Assembly: GCF_009914755.1 (NCBI RefSeq)
Contig: NC_060947.1
Reading direction: 5' to 3' (one strand)
DNA: 64,000 bases
Source of the DNA: the human T2T-CHM13v2.0 reference genome, Homo sapiens
Under the pieces are notes generated by a model. The model did no database searches. It worked only from the letters and a program-made list of their open reading frames with translations, and had not been told where the DNA came from. Positions 30,411-45,549 of the stretch are shown here, piece after piece. The position numbers and the translations under genes are program-made. The first letter of the stretch is position 1. Each line of letters opens with the position of its first letter.

Positions 30411-31289
30411 ATATTGTCAGGAATGAAAGCACATTATACAGCTATTGTAATTAAAACCTTTTTCTATTGGTACAGGAATTGCCAAATTATCAGTAAAACA
30501 AAGAAAAGGGGGTCAGAAAGAGATATGTGCTTGTCAGAATACATGGAGGTGGAGTGTGTGATGAAGGTGGCTTTTAAATTGTAAGAATTGTACTGGGACA
30601 AATGGCTATATATTTGGGAAAAAATATGTTTCCCAGAATACAGCATTCAAAACACTAAATTCCAGATAAAGACTCTAATATGTAAAATCCATACAATAAA
30701 TTAATATATATTTACAATCTTTTATGTTCTTTAATTAGAAAAATATTCTTAACATGAAAAATTAAGAGCCAAAAAGTAGAAGATGAATTTAATTACATCA
30801 AATTTACGCAGTTTTAATTTTTACCAAAAAAAAAGCCATAAGGATACTTTAAAAACAATTGATAGAGCTGAATATTTTGGACAAGTAAAATAAAAATTCA
30901 TCCCAAAAAATGATTAGAAACTTCTACAAATTAATGAGGCATGCAAATAACACAAAACAAATGGTTAACAAAAATAAAAGACTGCTTATCTTTATTAAAT
31001 GTGGAAAATGAACTTTTGAACCAAGAGATGCCGTTTTTAATCCATCCAGTTAACAACAAAAACTAAATAGTTTGGTATGTCAAACTTCATAAGCTGATGC
31101 AAACATACATCAGCAAATTATATAGTTTGGTATGCCAAACATCAGAAGCTCATGCAAACATACAGGAACAATTCCGTTTTTACTTTTCCTTCGTTTGCCA
31201 ACTATAAGATGTTGACAAAGATAGCAGAAACAGAGTATAACAACTGACCCACTAGCAAAATCTGTATACAATACATCTATAAGATTGCC

Positions 31290-32005
31290 CAAATTTGCCC
31301 AGTTTCCTTCATCTCCATTGCAACTACCTCAGGATAAACTATCAACCTATCTTACCTGGGCCTGGGCTACATAATAGCCTAAAGTCCTGTATCCCTGTTT
31401 CTTCTCTGATCTCCTAATAAGTTATTCTATACTCAGGGTCCAAAGTCCACAATTTTAAATATACATCATTATTACTCTTCTTGTTTAAAAATCTTTGAAT
31501 GACTTTCTGTTGCACTAAAAAGAAATCAAACTTTTTATCATGGGTTTTAAGGCTCTGTGAGATCTCTAACATGTCAACTTTTTCAGCCTCATCATATAGT
31601 ACCTTATCCTTGTAGACTATACTTCAAATACACAGGACTTTCATTGTAGAAAAAGCCAAGCTTGTCTATATCTCTTCATCTTTGCATTTTCTGTTTCCTT
31701 TGCCTGGAATAATATTTCTTTTCTTTCTTTCTTGTTTTTGGTCTTGGGTCCAAATATCATTTTTAAAACTAGATCTTATCTGTATACCTTATATAATGTT
31801 AATTCCCACCACTTACATTTGTGCTATATCATAGCACACATTGCTACTTCATGTAATACTAATTGTTGCTTTTATTTGCTTACTGCTTATCTTTCTCTTA
31901 AGAATATAAGTTTTATCATAAACAAAACATTTCAGTCTCCTCAGCATACCTACTGCCTAGAATAGTTCCCGAAATATATAAAAACATTTTCAAATAAATA
32001 AACTG
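31290..32005 (+). mobile_element. L2 3' portion
   Basis: ttcctttgcctggaataat...cctagaatagttccc...aataaataaa tail. Confidence 0.65.
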
Positions 32006-32239
32006 TCAATGGAAACATAGGTTGATACAATCATTTTAAAGAGAAATTTGACAATAAATATACACATATTCTATGACCTAGGAATTGTACTTTTAAGTAT
32101 CTACCCAAGACAAACACACATGAAATATAGGTACAAGGGTGCTAATTTGACCATGTTTTGTAATAGTTAAATAATTAGAAAAAAATCAATGTTCATCAAT
32201 TTAAAAATGGGTAAACATGCTATGACATATGTCCAATAA

Positions 32240-32470
32240 AGCTGTCTGAGCTCTAGACATTTCATTCACATTCTAGCCAATGGAAAGCAGAAGGAGCTGA
32301 GAAAGGCTCTGCGTCCTCCCTTAAAGATCACTTCTTGAAAGTAGCATGCAACAATTGTATTGTATCACATTGGCCAGAAAGTAATCATATGACAATATCT
32401 GACAGCAAAGGTGGCTGAGATGCGTAGTCTTTATTCACATAGCCATATGCCAAATTAACAACCAAAGTTT
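32240..32470. mobile_element. MLT1-type MaLR LTR fragment
   Basis: cacattggccagaaagtaatcatatgacaatatctgacagcaaaggtggctgagatgcgtagtcttt. Confidence 0.55.
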
Positions 32471-32559
32471 ATCTCACTAGTTTCTGTATAACAGAAATTT
32501 TAATAATAGAAAATTGAAATTTGAAATATACTATTTATGATAATATTTAAACATATGAA

Positions 32560-33548
32560 CCACGGTACTGGTATAAAAACAGACACACAGACCAATAGAA
32601 AAAAACAGAGAATGCAGAAATAAATCTACATATTTACAACTAACTGAACTTTGACAAAGTTGCCAAGAACATACAATGGGGAAAGGAAGCCCTCTTCAAT
32701 AAATGGTGCTGGTTAAACTGGATGTGCACATGCAGAAGAAAAAAAACATAGACCCTTATCTCTCACCATATACAAAAATCAACTCAAAGTGGATTAAAGA
32801 CTGGATATAAGACTAAAAACTATAAAACTACTCAGAGAAAATGAAGGAGAAACACTCTAGGACATTGGTCTGGACAAAGAACTTATGGCTAAGATCTTAA
32901 AAGCATAGCAACAAAACCAAAAATAGACAAATGGGACTATACTAAACTAAAAAGCTTCTGCACAGAAAAGGAAAAAATAAAAAGGGAAGAGACAATCTAT
33001 TGAATGGGAAAAATAGTTGTAAACCATTTATATGAAAAGGGACTGATTTCTAGAATACAACTCAACAGAAAAAAAATCCTTTAGGAAGTAAGCAAAAGAC
33101 CTAAATTAGACATTCTCAAAAGAAGACATACAAATAGCTAAGAGGTATGTGAAAAAATGTTCAAAATCACTAATCATCAGGGAAAGCAAATAAAAACCAC
33201 ACTGAGACATTACCTCACTCCAGTTAAAAATAGTTATCAAAAAGACCAAAAAAAAAAAAAAATCACAGGTGCTGGCAAGGATGCACAGAAAAGACAGCTC
33301 TTATACACTGTTGATAAGAATGTGAATTAGTACAGCCATTATGGAAAACAGCATGGAAATTTCTCCAAAAACTAAAAATAAAACTACCATATGACCCAGC
33401 AATCTCATCACTATTTATCCAAAGGAAAGGAAATCAGTATATCAAAAAGATGTCTCCACTCCCATATTTATTACAGCACTCTTCACAATAGTCAGGACAT
33501 AGAATCAACCTAAGCGTCCATCAATGAATGAATAAAAAAATGTGATAT

Positions 33549-33597
<49 letters not shown>

Positions 33598-34075
33598 ATA
33601 CAATGGAATGAAATCCTGTCATTTATAGCAACATGGATGGAACTGGAGGTCATTATGTTGAGTGAAATAAACCATGCACAGAAGAACAAATATCACATTT
33701 ACACTCATATTCGGGAGCTAAAAACTGTTCATCTTATAGAGGTAAAAAGTAGAATAATAGTTACCAGAGGCTGGAAAGGCTGTATAAGGGGTAATAAAGA
33801 AATGGTGTAATGAGTGCAAACACACAGTTAACTAGAAGAAATAAGTTCTAATGCTTGATAGAAGAATAGGGTGATAATAGTTAAGAACAATGTATTGTAT
33901 ATTTCAAAACTGCTAAAAGAGAGTATTTGAAATGCTCCCAGTACATAGAAATGATAAATGCTAGTGGTGATGGATATCTTAAATACCTGACTTGATCATT
34001 ACCCATTCTGTGCACATAACAAAATACCATATGCACTTCACAAATATGTTCATATATTATGACTCAAATAAAAAT
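32560..34075 (+). mobile_element. 5'-truncated L1MA
   Basis: ORF2 3' motifs and L1MA 3'UTR (agaagaaataagttcta...gaaatgataaatg...cctgacttgatcattac). Confidence 0.85.
33552..33595. repeat. (CA)n microsatellite, ~22 units
   Basis: Direct reading. Confidence 0.98.
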
Positions 34076-34127
34076 TGAGAGCAGTGTTGAAAGCAAATAA
34101 AGATTTTCCTGAATAAACATTCATGAT

Positions 34128-34300
34128 AAAGGACGGCTTTATAGGTTTGTAAACTGAGGAGTCACATGATGTAATGATCTTAGAAGGGCTTCATGTATAG
34201 TTAATGCTCTGATGTCACCATATAGAAATTGTTACCTTTTTAACAGGGACCCCACACATTTTCATGTTGTACTAGGGCCACAAATTATGTAGCTAGTCCT
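34128..34300. mobile_element. MER91-like hAT MITE
   Basis: ttttcatgttgtactagggccacaaattatgtagctagtcctg terminus. Confidence 0.6.
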
Positions 34301-36099
34301 GTCTATGACACAAATTTTTCCCTTGCAGTTTAGCCACTATAGATATGATTCAGGGCTTGAATTTTCTTTAATTGTCAACTTCACTCACATTATAGAAATA
34401 ACCTTAGTATAAAAGTAATGTGAGTCAAAGACAGAATATATAGAATTTTGAAATAAAGGGACCCAAAAGGAAACTATGAAGTTAATAAATAAAATAATAG
34501 GAACCCTGAGGGAATCTTTTAAGGGAACAAACAGCAAATGCACAATGCGAGTACAGTGCAAACAAATACATGACAGTGCTTAATGGACTTTCACCAAAAC
34601 ATCTTTCCTAAGAATAAAGCTGAAATTGCCTGTCTTAAAGGAAGACAATTTCTCAAACGTAGAAACAGAGTTCTTCCCAGCTAGGAAATGAGTTTCAAAG
34701 TTTTCAGGAGAGAGAAACAAAGTTTTCAGCATTTGTTTGTGTCAGATTGTTTACCCTGCTCTTTTACTTGCTTCTTCTTCACTGTGATGGTATTGTCATC
34801 AGGCTCTCCCTCCCATGCTGCATCTTAATTGAGATGAGATGGCAGAAAAGAGTTCATCCTTTGTAACTATAGTCTTCAACTAATTGATTTTTTTATTGTC
34901 CGTAATTAGGTAGACTTATTTCTCCCTTTTTACCTTCCCTCGCCAAATTTCTAGTTTTTTCTTCTGTCAGAATGAATGTATCATTGTGAAGGAGTCTTGG
35001 GATTTAATCCAATGTGACCTCAGAATCATGGAAAGAACTTTACTTCTGAGCTAAAAGTTTAGTAATTTTTAGAAATTTCATAAATTATTGTCTGAAAATA
35101 GTCACTAGTTATATATCTTTCTTTACAAATTGCAAAATGAAATTTTCTGAGGACATCTATGCTTATGTAAGCAATGTATATAATAACTAAAATATTAATA
35201 ATTGTATTAAAGCATACGATGAGCTAAGTGTTCCTATAGACCCTATAGTAAGTACTGTTATTATGCTTTTTACATAAAGTGATTCTGATTCATATGAACA
35301 AATGAAAGAACATGCTTCAAGCCATATAGATATTAAGTTCCAAAACTCGGAAGTCGCAAACCCATGTATGCCTTTCTCATTAAATACAGGCAGGAGCCGT
35401 GGTCTTTCACCTTCAAATATTCATAGTGCCCAGTACTGTATCCTTCAAATAATAGGCACTCATAAAGAATATGGTGAATTAGGACCGTATTGTGCAAAAC
35501 TTCTAGAGACACAACTCACATTGATGGCAAGAGAAATTCAACACAAAAACTCTAGGTTAAATTGAATTTTAGAACTAAGTGTCATCAATGAGGAACACCT
35601 GACAGCTATGAACATAAACCCAGATTGGACTGATAAATAATTGAGAAGTGAAATTCTATTGTGCCAAATCACACAAATCCTGAGATTTATTTGACACAGC
35701 ACTTAGTTTTATGTTAACTTCCACAGAATAACATATTTATTTTGTATTCATCTTGAGAGTAAAATCTATGAGTTTCAGTAAAACTTTACTCAGAAAACCT
35801 ACAGCTACTATTTGTTAGAAAACAAGAAACACTGAAAATAGATGAGGAAATGACTAAAGCATTCATTAACAAAAGATAGAAAACAGAACAAAAAATAAAC
35901 CATTATAAATTGGAAGGAAATAATAAATATGGAAACAGATGAAACAGAAAATAAATGCGTATTATTCATCATCAATGATATCATAGCGATTATAAAATAG
36001 TTTTACTTTTAAAACTGTAGTAAAATATACATGACGTAATATTCACCATTATAACCATTTTAAGTATACAGTTTTGTGGCATGAAGTGCATTTGCATTG

Positions 36100-39000
36100 T
36101 GATTAATGCTCAATAAACTTGGGTGTATTTACGTGTCCAGAATTGGTGGGTTCTTGGTCTCCCTGACTTCAAGAATGAAGCCGTGGACCCTCGCGGTGAG
36201 TGTTACAGTTCTTAAAGATGGTGTGTCCAGAGTTTGTTCCTTCTGATGTTCGGACATGTCTGCAGTTTCTTCCTTCTGGTGGGTTCGTGGTCTCGCTGGC
36301 TTCAGGAGTGAAGCTGTAGACCTTCCTGGTGAGTGTTACAGCTCTTAAAGGCAGTGTGTCCAGAGTTGTTTGTTCCTCCTGGTGAATTTGTGGTCTCGCT
36401 GACTTCAGGAGTGAAGCTGCAGACCTTCGCAGTGAGTGCTACAGCTCATAAACGCAGTGAGGACCCAGAGTGAGCAGCAGCAAGATTTATTGCAAAAAGC
36501 GAAAGAACAAAGCTTCCACCGCATGGAAGGGGGCCCAAGCCAGTTGCCACTGCTGGCTCGGGTGGCCTGCTTTTATTCCCTTATCTGGCCCCACCCACAT
36601 CCTGCTGATTGGTCCATTTTTCAGAGAGCTGATTGGTCTGTTTTACACAGAGCTGCTTGGTCCCTTTTGACAAAGTGCTGACTGGTGCGTTTACAATCCT
36701 TTAGCTAGACACAAAAGTTATCCAAGTCCCCACCCGATTAGCTAGACACAGAGCACTGATTGGTGTGTTTACAAACCTTTAGCTAGACACAGAGTGCTGA
36801 TGGGTGCATTTACAATCCTTTAGCTAGGCAGAAAAGTTCTCCAAGTCCCCACCTGTCCCAGAAGCCCAGCCAGCTTCACCTCTCACTGGCACTCCCCACA
36901 GGACTTTGCCGCACCCAGCCCAGGCACTCCAGCAGCCCAGAGGGAGCTCGTCCCAGACAATCAAGAGGAAATGAGGGGAAGCCAGAAAGAGAAAGAGAGG
37001 GAGGAGACCTGCTATCGTGGCCAAGGATCCCACGAAGAGGGAACGGTGGTCCACGCATGGGATTCAGCCTCCGATCAAGCCCAGCAGGCGCCAGCCAGCC
37101 ACGTCAAGTGCGGAGCTTGCCGAGCCCACACTCACCTGGAACCCGTGCCAGCCCACGAGCGCTGCACGCAGCCCCGGTTCCTGTCCACACCTCTCTCTTC
37201 ACACTTCCCCAAGAGCAGAGGGAGCCAGCTCTGGCCTCGGCCAGCCCCAGAGAGGGGCCCTCATAGCACAGCCGGGCTGAAGGGCTCCTCCAGCATGGCC
37301 AGAGTGGACGCAGAGGCCAAGGAGGTGCTGAGAGGGAGCGAGGGCTGCTAGCACGTTGTCACCTCTCATTTATATCTCTTTGACATACTGAATTTAATTC
37401 CAGAAGATATATATCAAGAAGATTGTTAGATTATATGAAAATTTTAATTTTAGTTTTCTGAAGAAACTCTATGCTGTTTCCATAATGGCTGTATTAATTT
37501 ACATACCCAGTAACAGTGTAGATATGTTCCCTTTTCTCCACAACCTTGCCAACACTTATCTTTCATCCTTTTTATAAAAGTCATTTCATCCAGCATGAGG
37601 TTATATTTCACTGTGGTTCTAATTTTCATTTGCCTGATGATCAGTGATGTTGAGTATTTTTTTATATACCTGTTGGCCATTTGTATTTGTTCTTTTGAGA
37701 AATGTCTATTCAGGTCCTTTGCTCAATTTTTAATTGGGATATTTGTTTACTTGCTATTGAGTTGTTTGAGTTTCTCATATATTTTGAATAACAGCCCATC
37801 ATCAAATGTTTGATTTGCAACTAATTTCTCACAATACGAGTGTTTTCTCTTCTCTTTGTTAATTGTTCCCTCTGCTGTGCAGAAACTTTTTAGTTTTATG
37901 TGGTCCTATTTGTTTATTTTTGCTTTTGTTGCCTGTACTTTTGAGGTCATATCCAAAATATCATTGTCCAGACCATTGTTGTGGAGTATTTCCCTGTTTT
38001 CTTCTAGTAATTTCACAGTTTCAAGTTTTATGCTTCCATCTTTAGTTCATTTTGAGTTGAATTTCATACATGGTATGAGATAAGGGCTATCCAGTTTTCC
38101 CAACACCATTTATTGAAGTGACTTTATTTTCTCTATTGTGTGTCCTTTGCACCTTTGTTGAAAGTCAATTAACCATAAATGTGTGGGTTTATTACCAGGC
38201 TCTCCATCCAGCTCTATTGCTCAACATGTTTGTTTTTATGCCTTTGTCATGCCTATTGAATTAGTATAGCTTTGTAATATAGTTTGAAGTCAGGTAGTAT
38301 AATGTCTCCAGCTTTGTTATTTTTGCTCAAGATAGCTTTGGCTATTCAGGGTCTTTTGGAATTTCATTTAAATTATCATTTTTGTTTTTTCTATTTTTGT
38401 AAAAAATGACATTAGAATTTTGATAAGGTTTGCACTGAATCCATAGATTGCTTTGGGTAATATGGATATTTCAACAATATTAATTCTTTCAATCCATGAA
38501 CATGGTTTATTTGTCCATTTATTTGTGATTTTTTTCAATTTCTCCCATTAATGTTTTACACTTTTTAGTATACAGATCTTTCACCTCCTTGGTGAAATGT
38601 ACCTCTATGTATTTTTTGATGCTATTATAAATTGGATGGTTTCTTAATTTCTTTTGTAGATAATTATCTGTTAGTGTATAGAAGTGCTATTGTTTTTTTA
38701 TGTTGACATGGTACCCTGCATCTTACTAAATTTGTTTATTAATTCTAACAGTTTTTAGTGAAGTTTTAAAGGTTTTCTCTATATAAAATCATGTCATCGG
38801 CAAACAGACAATTTCATTTCTTTTTTTCCTATTTATTTTATTTTGTTTTTTCTTGCCTAATTGCCTTGGATAGGACTTTTAGTACTATGTTAAATAGAGG
38901 TCGTGAGAGTGGGCCTCCTTGTCCTATTCCTGATATTAGAGGAAAAGCTGCCAACTTTTCACTATTGAGTATGATGTTAACTGTAGGTTTGGACATAATA

Positions 39001-39741
39001 TATGTCCTTTATTGTGTTTATGTGCTTTACTTTTATAACTAATTTAAGAGATTTTAATCATAAGTGGATGCTAAATTTTGTTAAATGATTGATTTTTCTC
39101 CATCTGTTGAGATGATACCATGTTTTTGGCCTTCATCTGTATTATTCATAATAACCAGGATATGGAATCAACCTAGTGTCTATTAACAGATGAATGGATA
39201 AATAAAATGTTAGGTATATATATTCAACGAAATACAATTCAGCCTTTTTAAAAAAGGAAATTCTGTCATGTGTGCCACATGGATGTGCATATAGGACATT
39301 ATGCTAAGAGAAATAAGTCAGACACAGAAAAACTAATATTGTGCTGCATGATCTCACTTATGCATTGAATGCAAGACTATTTGAACTCATAAAAGTAGAA
39401 AGTAAAAAGTAGTCAGCAAAGACTGGGGGAGGAGGAGCGTGAAACGGGAAGATGTTGGTCAAAGAACACAAAAGTTCACTTAGGAGTAATAAGGTTTTGA
39501 GATCTGTTGCACAGCATGGTAACTATAGTTAATAACTGTATTGTATATTTTAAAATTGCTGAAGATTTATCTTAAATATTCTCACAACAAAGAAATAGCA
39601 AGTAAGTTTGCTGTGCATGCTAATTATCTTGATTCAATCTTTCCAAAATGTATACATCTATCATAGTATCACATATACCCCATAAATATGTAAAATGATC
39701 ATTTGTCAATTAATTTTTCAATTATTTGTCAATGTTTAAAA
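36100..39741. mobile_element. L1MA with 5' inversion (minus 36100-~39138, plus ~39139-39741)
   Basis: Both arms meet the same L1 position (cattattcacaatagccaag-like); degenerate TSD 36084-36099 / 39742-39757. Confidence 0.75.
36132..37368 (-). mobile_element. Solo LTR12 (ERV9) LTR, 1237 bp
   Basis: gtgtccagaattggtgggttcttggtctc...gcacgttgtcacctctca; tandem gctgattgg (CCAAT) repeats; 4-bp TSD ttta at 36128-36131 and 37369-37372. Confidence 0.93.
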
Positions 39742-41549
39742 AAGTACATTCAAATTGGTGTTCAACCATCACTATCATCCATCTCTAGAAAATTATCACC
39801 TTCTCAAACTGAAACTCTGTACCCATTTAACAACTCCCTACTTTCTGCTGTTCCAGCCCTGAACAACTGCCATTCCGCTTCTGTCTCTGTGAATTTGATT
39901 AATCTAGGTACCTTATATAAATTGAATTATATAATATTTTCACATTTGTGACTGGCTCATTTCATTTAGCATAATGTTCAAGGTTCATCCATATTGTAGC
40001 ATATATCAGAATCTCCTTACTTTTTAAGGCCAGATAATATTCCAGTGTATGTATACAAAACATTTTGTTTATTCATTCATCAATCAGTGGACACTTGGGC
40101 TGTGCCTACCTTTTGGCTATTGTCAGTAACACTGCTATAAACATGAGTGTACAAATTATCTGTTGGAGTTTCTATTTTCAATCCTTTAGGCTGTATACCA
40201 AGCAGTGAAATTGATGGATTATGTGATAATTATATGTATTATAAGCTGTTTTTAAAGCTCCAATAAAGTTCCATTTAAGAAAAATAGACAAAAGATAAAA
40301 TTAACATTAGTAACCAGAGGGAAAAATACTTATAGAGTATATTAAAAATTCTAATAAAATTTTATGTACAAGTCATACAAATAAATTTTAAATTGAAATA
40401 AAAAATGACAATTATATATACGAAAGGAAAAAAATATATATATATATATATGCACTCAGGAAGACAAAAAATTATTACAGATCGTAGAAGTGATTGAAAT
40501 TTAGTCAAAGATTTACCACTAAAAGAAAAACAGTCCCAAACTGACTTATATGTAAATATTATTAAAATACTATGGAACAAAGAATACTAATTTTCATCAA
40601 TATCAGATTACATAACAAATTTTATAGCTACCACCTTATAAAATAAAACTTACAAAACTGATTGAGAAGGAAAATGGCAGATAGGAGACAGGACTAACAT
40701 GAAGCTCCCACTTGGACAAACAGAACAGAGTGTGGAGACTCACATCCTGAACTTTGGCTCCAAGAACCACTGCAGGAAAATACCAGGAAAACTGAAAGAG
40801 TTCAGAGCCTTTAAAAGAAGTAGCTTGCCTCTGTAAACTCTGTGAGTCTGCTGAAAATCTGTGAGTCACCAAAGTGTGAGAGAGGGAAAAGTCTGCCTCC
40901 AAACACATATCCCCACTGGGGAACCTGAAAATCCAGATCACAGGAGAAGAATTTAACACTACCTAGAGCTGAAATGAATTTAGGGAACCAATTGAAATAT
41001 GAAAGTAGAAGAAGCAGTGGGAAGAGCCCTGTAGGCACTCTCTGTCCCCAGCTCAAGGCCTGGGAAGCCATCCTGACGTTCTCTCACAGAGGTCCTTGTG
41101 GAAGGCAGTCAGTGAAATTAGAAAAAGGGTCACAGGATGAAAGAAGCTTCTAGCAAAACTTTGTAATGATTTTGACTGAGCATGAATTTTCCTGAGTAGA
41201 ATCAGGGGGATGGGGGTGTGCAAATGGGAAGTGCAGATACAAGCGCAGAAGCCACAGTCAAGGGTGCCAGCAGGCAGAGAGGGGCAACCCCTAAAAGCCT
41301 GCTTGCTTTTTCAGCAGGGAGGCTTGTAACCTGGGGAAAGATCTCAGCCCTGCATGTTGGCTGCCTGGATATAAACTTGGTGCTGTTGGCTGGGCATTGT
41401 GGGAGTGAGACTGGACTTGATGGCTGCATGGGAGCTGGGTGAGGCCTGTCATTGATGACTTTTTCCCACCTTCCTGGCAACCTGTATGGTACAGCAGAGG
41501 CATACGTAATCCTCCCTTGTACCATAACCCCATTGACCTGAGAACCATC

Positions 41550-42092
41550 TGTGATGGTTAATATGGAGTGACAATTTGATTGGATTGAAGAATGCAAAGT
41601 ATTCTTCCTAGGTGTGTCTGTGAGAGTGCTGTAAAAAGAGATTAACACTTGAGTCAATGGAAAGAAAGAGGCAGACACACCTCAATCTGGGTGAGAACCA
41701 TCTATTCAGCTGCCAGAGCAGCTAGAATAGAGCAGGCAGAAAAGAATGTGGAAAGATTAGACTTGCTGAGTCTTACTTACAGCCCTCATCTTTTTTTTCT
41801 GTGCTGGATGCTTTCTGCCTTCAAACACTGGACTCTAAATTCTCGAGCTTTTGGACACTTGGATTTACACAGGGCTCTCAGGCCTTCACCCACAAACTGA
41901 AGGCTACACTGTCAGCTTCCCTACTTTTGAGGTTTTGGGATTCGGACTGGCTTCCTTGCTCCTCGGCTTGCAGCTGGCCTATTGTTGGACTTCACTTTGG
42001 AATCGTGTGAGTCAATACTCCTTAATAAGCTCCCCTTTATATATACATCTATCCTGTTAGTTCTGTCCCTCTAGAGAAACTTAACTAATAAG
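41550..42092 (+). mobile_element. Solo MLT2A (HERV-L) LTR
   Basis: tgtgatggttaatatggagtgacaatttgattggattgaag...ttagttctgtccctctagagaaacttaactaata; 5-bp flanks ccatc/ccacc. Confidence 0.88.
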
Positions 42093-42751
42093 CCACCCCT
42101 TCAACCCCCACAGTGGCCGCAGCAAGCCCTTCCCAAGGAGAGTCTGAGCTCAGACCCACCTGACTCTGCTCCCACCTTGTGGTTTTTCTCTACTCGCTCT
42201 GGTAGCCTAAGGCAAAAGACAAAAACTTGTGGAAGCTCTATGGTCCTGCCCATTGCCTGAGAAGCCTCAATACTTACTCTGGCCAACATAGGGCAAGCTT
42301 GTATTTCCCTTCTACTACTGCAGCTGGTGCTCTCTTGAAAGTTCTACCTCTGTATTTTATTCTCTTTGAAGCAATTGTGAATGGGAGTTCACTTGTGATT
42401 TGGCTCTCTGTTTGTCTGTTATTGGTGTATAAGAATGCTTGTGATTTTTGTACATTGATTTTGTATCCTGAGACTTTGCTGAAGTTGCTTATAAGCTTAA
42501 GGAGATTTTGGGCTGAGACAATGGGGTTTTCTAGACATACAATCATGTCGTCTGCAAACAGGGACAATTTGACTTCCTCTTTTCCTAATTGAATACCCTT
42601 TATTTCCTTCTCCTGCCTAATTGCCCTGGCCAGAACTTCCAACACTATGTTGAATAGGAGTGGTGAGAGGGGGCATCCCTGTCTTGTGCCAGTTTTCAAA
42701 GGGAATGCTTCCAGTTTTTGCCCATTCAGTATGATATTGGCTGTGGGTTTG

Positions 42752-45549
<2,798 letters not shown>

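Larger units (their letters stand above)
36005..40240 (-). mobile_element. L1MB-type 3' end split into 36005-36099 and 39742-40240 by a nested L1
   Basis: Sequence reads continuously across the gap (aagtgcatttgcattg / aagtacattcaaattggtgttcaaccatcac...aaactctgtacccatt). Confidence 0.75.

Noticed and set aside
36540-36860. Repeat-spacer-like array (gctagacacag/ctgattgg)
   Set aside because: Known tandem repeats of LTR12 U3; no unique spacers or cas genes, eukaryotic context
36971-37351. 126-aa ORF
   Set aside because: Antisense frame in the GC-rich part of LTR12
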